Shown: positions 39,907 to 46,875 of the stretch, piece by piece | Numbering within the stretch: the first letter of the stretch is position 1 | How the letters are laid out: the number at the start of each line of letters is the position of its first letter | Assembly (NCBI GenBank): GCA_963812015.1 | Contig: CAWETI010000003.1 | Span: forward strand, 1,792,001 to 1,856,000 | DNA: 64,000 nucleotides | Source: an uncultured delta proteobacterium | GTDB taxonomy: Bacteria > Desulfobacterota > Desulfobaccia > Desulfobaccales > 0-14-0-80-60-11 | Direction of reading: 5' to 3' | Position numbers and translations under genes: made by a program | The notes under the pieces: generated by a model | Told to the model about the DNA's origin: nothing | Database searches by the model: none | What the model saw: only the letters and a program-made list of their open reading frames with translations

Positions 39907-40113
39907 ATGCCGATGCTTATTCTTAAGGATGCCAACCAAGTTCGGACCATGCGCCAGGTGAAGAGTTACCGCTCCTGCCCCACTTCCACGGGCCTGCCCA
40001 TGTGGGGGTCGGAGTTAGGCCGCATGTATCAGGAAGAGGTGGCCCGGTGCAACCGGAAGTTGCGGCGCCGCTGGCGGGCCGCGGCCTGGCGCAACCGTTG
40101 CGGCTGCCGGTGA
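39907..40113 (+). CDS. Small basic hypothetical protein
   Basis: GAGG RBS; fills the gap between neighbouring operon genes. Confidence 0.55.
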   Translation: MPMLILKDANQVRTMRQVKSYRSCPTSTGLPMWGSELGRMYQEEVARCNRKLRRRWRAAAWRNRCGCR

Positions 40114-40129
40114 AAGGATCGAGTGCCCT

Positions 40130-40498
40130 ATGGAATACGCCATGCAGGTCCTTAACCGGTACGGCCCGGTTTCAGGCAGGCCCACCCGCCGGAAACGGTT
40201 CGTGGATAAAGTGTCCTGCGCCTACTGCGGCGGCCGGGGGGCCGACCCCAAGTACAGCAGCGCCTCTGGTTGCCCCGTATGCCGCGGCGCCGGGGTCGTG
40301 CGGGTCATGCCCCCGGTGGTGAGCTGCCGCCAGTGTAGCGGCACCGGCCAAGTGGGGGGTGATTTGATCTGCCTGACCTGCAAGGGGGTGGGGATGGTAT
40401 CGGTCCCCGTTGAGGCCGATACCTGTTCGCGCTGCGGCGGCACCGGCGAAGAGGGGGTTTTTTATTGTAACGCCTGTAAAGGACAAGGGATCGCCTGA
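40130..40498 (+). CDS. Second DnaJ-type zinc-finger protein (six CxxCxGxG), no J-domain
   Basis: CAYCGGRG, CPVCRGAG, CRQCSGTG, CLTCKGVG, CSRCGGTG and CNACKGQG. Confidence 0.85.
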   Translation: MEYAMQVLNRYGPVSGRPTRRKRFVDKVSCAYCGGRGADPKYSSASGCPVCRGAGVVRVMPPVVSCRQCSGTGQVGGDLICLTCKGVGMVSVPVEADTCSRCGGTGEEGVFYCNACKGQGIA

Positions 40499-40529
40499 CT
40501 TCGACAGACGTCAGAAATGGAGAATTGAC

Positions 40530-40733
40530 ATGAAAATTAATTGTCTGTCCTGCGGCTTTAAAGTGGACCTGGATGATACGTATGACGACTTTGAGGGTCC
40601 CATCAAGTGCCTGTGCGGCGCTTTGCTGGAGATCAGGACCGAAGAGGGCATGCTCAAGGCCATCAAGATGGGGGAACCGCTGTCCCGCACAGTCCTCAGG
40701 ACCAGGCGGATGGAAGGCGGCGCCACCCCCTGA
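40530..40733 (+). CDS. Small zinc-ribbon protein
   Basis: GGAG RBS; MKINCLSCGFKVDLDD...IKCLCGALLEI. Confidence 0.7.
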   Translation: MKINCLSCGFKVDLDDTYDDFEGPIKCLCGALLEIRTEEGMLKAIKMGEPLSRTVLRTRRMEGGATP

Positions 40734-40836
40734 GGAGCGTGCAGGCCGGGTCAGGCGACGGAAGTTGTCGCAATGCAGGATTATCTGGAAGCCGTGGGTG
40801 TTGCCTTTCGGTTTCCCGTTGATGTGAGACAAGGAT

Positions 40837-41598
40837 ATGGCGGCGCACGCAGCAGCGAAAAGCGGCAGATACTTATACGCCATAGTGACCGCTCCCGGGG
40901 AGCGGACCTATGATTTTACCGGTATAGACGGGGCCCCGGTGTACAGCATCGCCAATGGGCAGGTGGCCGCAGTGGTGAGCGACGTTGTAAACGACAGGAT
41001 CAGCCCGGAACGGCGGCATCTGGCCGCCCAACAGGCGGTCCTCAAGGGGCTGTTGTCCAGGGCCGACGCCATGCTTCCCATGGCCTTCGGCATCATTGCC
41101 GACGGTCCCAAAGCCATCCAGAAGATCCTGTCCCGCAACCAGGCGGCCTTCCTCCAGCAACTCCAACGCGTGGCCGGGATGGTGGAAATGGGACTGCGGG
41201 TCTCCCTGGACGTCCCCAATATCTTTGAATATGTCGTCAACACGCATCCAGAGTTGCGGGCCGCCAGGGATCGCTTCCTCGGCCCCTACCGCAACCCTTC
41301 CCAAGAAGACAAGATCGAGCTAGGGCGACTCTTTGACCATCTCCTGAACGAGGATCGGGAAGCCTTTACCGAGCAGGTGGAGGAGATCCTGTCCGGTTAT
41401 TGCCGGGAAATTAAGCGGAACAAAAGCCGCAACGAAAGCCAGGTGATGAGCCTGGCCTGTCTGGTGCCTCGCAATGGACAGGAGCGGTTCGAAGAGGGCG
41501 TCTTTGCCGCGGCCAAGCTCTTCGACAACAATTTCACCTTCGACTACAACGGCCCCTGGGCGCCCCACAACTTCGTGGAACTGAATCTTGGACTGTGA
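40837..41598 (+). CDS. gvpF: Gas vesicle protein GvpF
   Basis: YLYAI, MLPMAFG, EMGLRV, KIELGR and GPWAPHNFV. Confidence 0.92.
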   Translation: MAAHAAAKSGRYLYAIVTAPGERTYDFTGIDGAPVYSIANGQVAAVVSDVVNDRISPERRHLAAQQAVLKGLLSRADAMLPMAFGIIADGPKAIQKILSRNQAAFLQQLQRVAGMVEMGLRVSLDVPNIFEYVVNTHPELRAARDRFLGPYRNPSQEDKIELGRLFDHLLNEDREAFTEQVEEILSGYCREIKRNKSRNESQVMSLACLVPRNGQERFEEGVFAAAKLFDNNFTFDYNGPWAPHNFVELNLGL

Positions 41599-41622
41599 CA
41601 CCTGAGCTCTGAAGGAGATGTG

Positions 41623-41943
41623 ATGTTTCTCGTTGACGACATCTTACTGTCCCCTGTGAAAGGCGTTCTTTGGGTGTTCCGGGAGGTCCACGACGCCGCC
41701 CAGCAGGAGTTGGCCGGCGAAGGCCAAGCCATCACCGCGGCCCTGAGCGAGCTTTACATGCGGCTGGAAACCGAGCAGATCACCGAGGAGGAGTTCGACG
41801 CCCAGGAAAAGGTGCTCCTGGACCGCCTGCAGGCGGAAGAAAAGACCGCGGCACCTGAGAAGAAACCGGCCAAGCAACGCTCCAAGGCCAAACCGACCAG
41901 GAGAAAATCTTCGCCCGGGGTGAAACCGGCCACCCTAGTCTGA
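41623..41943 (+). CDS. gvpG: Gas vesicle protein GvpG
   Basis: MFLVDDILLSPVKGVLWVF...LSELYMRLETEQITEEEFDAQEKVLLDRL. Confidence 0.92.
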   Translation: MFLVDDILLSPVKGVLWVFREVHDAAQQELAGEGQAITAALSELYMRLETEQITEEEFDAQEKVLLDRLQAEEKTAAPEKKPAKQRSKAKPTRRKSSPGVKPATLV

Positions 41944-42131
41944 CATGACGCCCATAGGTAAGCGCCGGCCAGATGAAATCAGGTGATCAACCAACGGCAG
42001 CAGGAAAGCGGGTGGCTCGGGACATGGCGCCGGAAGCATAGGGAAGGGCTTGATGAGGTTGCGAACACTTTACCCGCTTGACACGGAAGGGGTCACCCCG
42101 GATGTCCATAATTTCGCTTTCCAACATCACC

Positions 42132-44106
42132 ATGGGGGCAAAGGGCGTGCCCGATTTCTTAGAGAATCCCCATTTCAGACTGATATTCTTCGGCGGCAAG
42201 GGCGGGGTCGGAAAGACCACATGCGCCGCGGCCTCCGCCCTCCGTTATGCCCGCCGGTCCCCCCTGGGCTCGTTCCTTCTGGTCTCCACTGATCCGGCCC
42301 ATTCCCTGACCGACAGTATCGGCGATTTTCATCTCCCCGACAATTTAAAGATTCTGGAGTTCAATGCCCAGGATTCTCTGGCGACCTTCAAGGCCAGGCA
42401 CCGGGCCAAGTTTGCCGAGATTGCCGCCCGGGGCACCTTCCTGGATGAAAAGGATATTCGCCGCATCCTGGACCTCTCCCTGCCCGGCCTGGATGAACTC
42501 ATGGCTTTGCTTGCCATCGCCGGCTGGGTGGAAACCCGGGCCTACGACCTTATCGTGGTGGATACCGCGCCCACCGGGCACACGCTGCGACTGCTGACCA
42601 CGCCGGAGTTGATCCGCGGCTGGCTCAAGGCCCTGGACGCCCTGCTGGCCAAGCACCGCTTCATGCAGCAGCGGTTCCGTGGTTCGTATCAGCGGGACGA
42701 ACTGGACGAATTTCTCCTGGATCTGGCCGCGTCAGTGAAGCAGATGGAGGCTCTGCTGCGCAATCCCCGCGCCTGCCGGTTTGTGCCGGTGATGTTGGCG
42801 GAAGAGGTGGTCATCACCGAGACCTTGCAGCTCCTGAGTCAGTTGCAGCGGATGCATATCCCGGTCACGGAGGTGGTGGTCAACCGCCTCTATCCGGAGA
42901 ATTCCTGCCCTCTATGCGCCGAAGGGCGGCGGCGGCAACGACAGCTCCTGAACGAGCTTTTTAGCCGCGGCTCCTTAGGCCGATATACCTGGTGGGGCGT
43001 GCCCCTGTGCCCGGAGGAAATGCGAGGTCCAGTCCTTGAGACCCTTTGGGATGGGGTCAGTGTGTTTGATGCCGCGCTGCCGACCCGTCTCCAGCCCCCC
43101 TTGGAAATACCGCCCCGGGTAGAGGCTGCGCCCCCCTGCCCCTCTGCCAAGACTACGTTCTTGATTTTCGCCGGCAAGGGGGGCGTGGGCAAGACCACCC
43201 TGGCCTGCGCCACCGCGGTGCGCCTGGCCCAGGAGTTTCCGGGAAAACAGGTCTTGCTCTTCTCCACCGACCCGGCCCACTCCCTGGCCGCCTGTCTGGA
43301 GGTGAGCATTGGCCCCCAACCGGTACGCCTCGGCCAGGGACTGACAGCCATGGAGATCGACGCCCCAGGGGAATTCGCCGCTTTAAAGAGACAATACCAC
43401 CAAGAGCTGGAGAAGTTCCTGCAAACCGCGTTCGAGAATTTCGATGTCCCCTTCGACCGCCAGGTGATGGAACGGTTGCTGGACCTCCCCCCCCCCCGGC
43501 CTGGACGAGATCATGGCCTTGGTGCAAGTCATGGAATTTTTGGAAAAGGGCCGCTACGATATTTTTATATTGGATTCGGCCCCTACCGGACATCTCCTTC
43601 GCCTCCTGGAACTGCCGGAACTAGTGGACCAGTGGCTTAAGACGTTTTTCGGCTTGCTCTTGAAGTACAAGCTGACCTTCCGGTTTCCGGACATCTCCCA
43701 GCAGTTGGTAGGAATTTCCCGTAACCTGAAACAACTGAGAAACCTGTGGCGGGACCCGGCCCGGGCGGCGCTCTACGCCGTGACCATCCTTACGGAAATG
43801 GCCTTCCAGGAGACCAGCGACCTGATGGCGGTCTGTAGGCGGCTGGGGGTGTCGGTGCCACTGCTGCTGCTCAACCTCGCCACCCCGGCCTTGGATTGTC
43901 CCCTGTGCGCCGCCCTGAACCGCCGGGAGGCCCTCATTCGGGATAAATTCCAGCAAACCTTTGCCGGTCATCAAACCGTCATCTATCGCCAGAGCGAACC
44001 TCGGGGCCTGAAACGACTCACTGCCTTGGGGCAGGCCTTGTACCGGTCCAGGATAATGGAGAACCACCATGGGGCTGTTGCTGATATGCCCGCATTGTCA
44101 AGCTAA
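42132..44106 (+). CDS. Tandem two-domain ArsA/Get3-family ATPase, frameshifted at a C11 tract
   Basis: Two GKGGVGKTT P-loops, STDPAHSL twice, DTAPTGH/DSAPTGH and CPLC twice. Removing one C from 43487-43497 gives LDLPPPGLDEIMAL, matching LDLSLPGLDELMAL in the first half. Confidence 0.88.
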
Positions 44107-44530
44107 GGTACCGTTGGTCTTGCGGGCTTGTTCGGCTTGCGGTGCCGACCTGCGGACTCTGCCGCCGACCGACCGCCGTTATTTCATCGGCAAGTCGGCG
44201 GCTGCGGCATCCGCATCCCTGGTCCCGAAGATGATTCCCGGGTCAAACCCGGAGACCGTGGAGGTGGAATTGATGGTGCCATACCCGGAAACCATGCTGC
44301 CGGAAGCCTCGCTCCCGGAGAGCAAAGATGTGTCGTTGTGCGAGGCCCTGGACCGCATTCTCAATAAGGGCGCCGTGCTCTTTGGGGAAGTGATGATTTC
44401 CGTGGCCGATATCGATCTAGTCTACCTGGGGCTCCAGGTCATCCTGGCCTCTATGGAAACCGCCCGGGGATTTAAGCCTGGGGGGGAGGGGCAGTTGGGA
44501 CCGAACCTTTTTGCCAAGGGCGCATGCTGA
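44069..44530 (+). CDS. GvpA/GvpJ-family protein with an N-terminal zinc ribbon
   Basis: N-terminal CPHC...CSAC; C-terminal SLCEALDRILNKGAVLFGEVMISVADIDLVYLGLQVILASMETA. Confidence 0.85.
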   Translation: MGLLLICPHCQAKVPLVLRACSACGADLRTLPPTDRRYFIGKSAAAASASLVPKMIPGSNPETVEVELMVPYPETMLPEASLPESKDVSLCEALDRILNKGAVLFGEVMISVADIDLVYLGLQVILASMETARGFKPGGEGQLGPNLFAKGAC

Positions 44531-44898
44531 TGAAATCCCCGGAACCGGCTCAAGTGGAATCACAGGCCATCAGCGATTTTGCCAAGGTCATGCAAGGCGG
44601 TGCCGCTTTAACGGCCCCATCTCCGGGTAGCCAGACCCCCCGGATCAACCTGGACCAGGACAACGTCAAGAACAGTTTGGGACAACTGGTCTTGACCCTG
44701 GTGAAACTGCTTCACGAACTGCTGGAGCGCCAGGGCATCCGGCGCATCGAGGCCGGGTCCCTCACGGACGCCCAGATTGAGCGGCTGGGGTTGACCTTGA
44801 TGAAACAGGCTCAAGAGATCGACCGACTCCGGCAGGAGTTCGGCCTGGAAGAAGACGACCTGAATATCGACCTTGGCCCCCTGGGCCAACTCCTGTAA
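44524..44898 (+). CDS. gvpK: Gas vesicle protein GvpK
   Basis: LGQLVLTLVKLLHELLERQGIRRIE...ERLGLTLM...DLNIDLGPLGQLL. Confidence 0.95.
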   Translation: MLMKSPEPAQVESQAISDFAKVMQGGAALTAPSPGSQTPRINLDQDNVKNSLGQLVLTLVKLLHELLERQGIRRIEAGSLTDAQIERLGLTLMKQAQEIDRLRQEFGLEEDDLNIDLGPLGQLL

Positions 44899-44911
44899 GG
44901 AGGAACTGCGC

Positions 44912-45226
44912 ATGGCCAGACAACAAGGCATCCAGAGTTCCATTCAGAGCACCAATCTGGCGGATCTCTTGGAACGCATCCTGGACAAGGGGATCGTCAT
45001 CGCCGGCGACATCAAAATCCGGCTGGTGGAAGTGGAACTCCTCACTCTGCAGATTCGCCTGGTGATCTGCTCGGTGGACAAAGCCAAAGAATTGGGGATA
45101 GATTGGTGGGTAGCCAACCCGGCCTTTAATTCCCAGGCCCCTTCGGAAGAGCTGGCGGCCTCCCTTAACAAGATCGACGAGCGCTTGGGGCGCCTGGAAT
45201 CTGCTATAGCCGTGGCCGGCTCCTGA
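44912..45226 (+). CDS. gvpJ: GvpJ/GvpA-family minor gas vesicle protein
   Basis: [55 protein letters not shown] 44912 behind AAGGAGG. Confidence 0.9.
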   Translation: MARQQGIQSSIQSTNLADLLERILDKGIVIAGDIKIRLVEVELLTLQIRLVICSVDKAKELGIDWWVANPAFNSQAPSEELAASLNKIDERLGRLESAIAVAGS

Positions 45227-45349
45227 GTTCCTTGGCGACATCGGGAACGTCCGGCTCCGGGGAGCGGGTGCCGCCATCTACCAGCCCAAGAACCCGAGGC
45301 CTCACCCGGGTAGTGGTATACGACAGCCGCAGTGAACCAGCTTCCGCAA

Positions 45350-45406
45350 CGGAGCCGCGTGGGGGAATCTCACCCTCACGCCCTTCCGAAACAGGACATG
45401 AGTCTC
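45350..45406 (-). other. Possible degenerate group II intron 3' end (half of domain V plus domain VI)
   Basis: Minus strand GAGACTCATGTCCTGTTTCGGAAGGGCGTGAGGGTGAGATTCCCCCACGCGGCTCCG resembles DV-DVI termini; the 5' arm of DV is absent. Confidence 0.4.
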
Positions 45407-45466
45407 TTTTCTGAAAAGCCCTTACGAACGACATAGGGGAGTTTTCCTCGGTGCCAGGTTACTTGC

Positions 45467-45743
45467 GAGACTGTCGACAAAGAGTTTAGCTCAGCTGATT
45501 TCCCGCCTATGAAGAAGTTACCGCCAAAAGTTAGTTCAGTCATTAAAATCATCTAACATATCTTAATTACTGTTAAATTATTTTATGCCGTGAGAGAGTG
45601 AAACCGGGGATAAGTCAAAACACTGGTTAGAGAGACGGCACATGGCTAAATTCAAGGCATACGATTACTGGCAAAGGGTTTTCCTGCCAGTTTCCTTGGA
45701 AGATCAGTTGAGGCCCGAGGCCCTGGAGTTCGCCATCCACACT
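45467..45743 (+). mobile_element. Truncated IS1182-family left end
   Basis: GAGACTGTCGACAAAG IR-like end at 45467; ORF from 45642 MAKFKAYDYWQRVFLPVSLEDQLRPEALEFAIH resembles IS1182 transposase N-termini. Confidence 0.6.
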
Positions 45744-45915
45744 TGCCGCCGGGCCACGATAGAGGCATCTACCTGTCACGATCTAAGGCATATGGCAATC
45801 AATACCTGGCGGTTGCAGGGGCACGACTATTTCCGTATAATGGCGGCAATCGAGTATAAAACCCTTGCCGGTTGTAGGCAATATAACCCGGTGAGCGAGG
45901 AAAACCTCAAGCCCT
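45744..45915 (+). pseudogene. C-terminal fragment of a tyrosine integrase
   Basis: CRRATIEASTCHDLRHMAINTWRLQGHDYFRIMAAIEYKTLAGCRQY: HDLRH box and catalytic Tyr region, with the LGH motif decayed. Confidence 0.75.
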
Positions 45916-46019
45916 GGCAGATGGAAGTTGATCATGATAGCCCCCTCTCTGGCTACCAAGCGTCCTCCATCTGCCGGCCTACTGCCGTACCTTAATGAAA
46001 ATAGTGAAACTGTTGATAT

Positions 46020-46106
46020 GCCTGGGTGGCGGAATGGGTAGACGCAAGGGACTTAAAATCCCTCGGTCGCAAGGCCGTGCCGGTTCGAGTCCGGCCCCAG
46101 GCACCA
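46020..46106 (+). tRNA. tRNA-Leu (anticodon TAA)
   Basis: GCCTGGG/CCCAGGC acceptor stem, AGGGA-CTTAAAA-TCCCT anticodon arm, long variable arm, GGTTCGAGTCC and encoded CCA. Confidence 0.97.
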
Positions 46107-46161
46107 GTTAATAAAATGGGTTAACCATTTCCGGTCAACCGCTTTATGCTTTCACGCTGTC

Positions 46162-46183
46162 CAGGGATAACCCAGGGATAACC
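46162..46183 (+). repeat. Tandem CAGGGATAACC x2, candidate integrase arm-type sites; third copy at 52118-52128
   Basis: Exact 11-mer just inside both att ends. Confidence 0.6.
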
Positions 46184-46875
46184 TGAGTGCGGAAAATTAC
46201 CCTTTTGGGTGCCTGAAAATCGTCTGTCCTCTGTTCTGAAATGTCAATTTCGTGCCCTTGTTCCTGAACCTTTTTCTTCCCCTCCCCTCATTGCCTCTCT
46301 GTGGGCTTCATATGCAACCGGTTTTGGAGGGGGGCTGTTCCCACCTCAAGGTACCCCTCTCCTGGCATTGATCTCACACTTAGAAGGACAGTTTTAAGCG
46401 AATAACCCATAGCAAGGGGTATATGAGGTGAGGGTAAGCCTATCCGTACAAGGTGAGGCTTCTCAGAGAGTTATCCGGAAGGCCAAGGTCATGGGCTGAG
46501 AGGGTTTCGGGCAAGAGAGGCAACCTCGGGACTGAAGGTGGTCCCCCCTTTGCTATATATGACCGCCACGGGGATTTTTTCAAAAATATATCGAGGAGTG
46601 AGAGCGACAGGCCCCCCTGTGCACAGGGCGCCTCAAAAATTTTTGACACAAGGATTGTCGGTACCCATTCCTTAAACCGGTCTTAAAAAAGCATGACATG
46701 CTTTGTAAGGCGTGTTCGCGCTTCGACCCAGGGTTGGGTCTTGGTTGAGGAAAGATACTCCCCCTGGCGGGACCTAGCTCAAAAATTTTAAAATGGAAAA
46801 TCTGCCCGGTTACTCCTTTAGCCACCATCATTACTTGCGCCCGCCGAACTTCTTCAATGCTAAGGGCATATGCGA

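Noticed and set aside
42132..44106. Arsenic resistance locus
   Set aside because: No arsB/acr3, arsC, arsD or arsR nearby; the context is entirely gas vesicle genes.
46200..46870. Short ORFs and a possible phage-end-like sequence in the left part of the island
   Set aside because: No recognisable protein motif or verifiable structure; probably decayed cargo.
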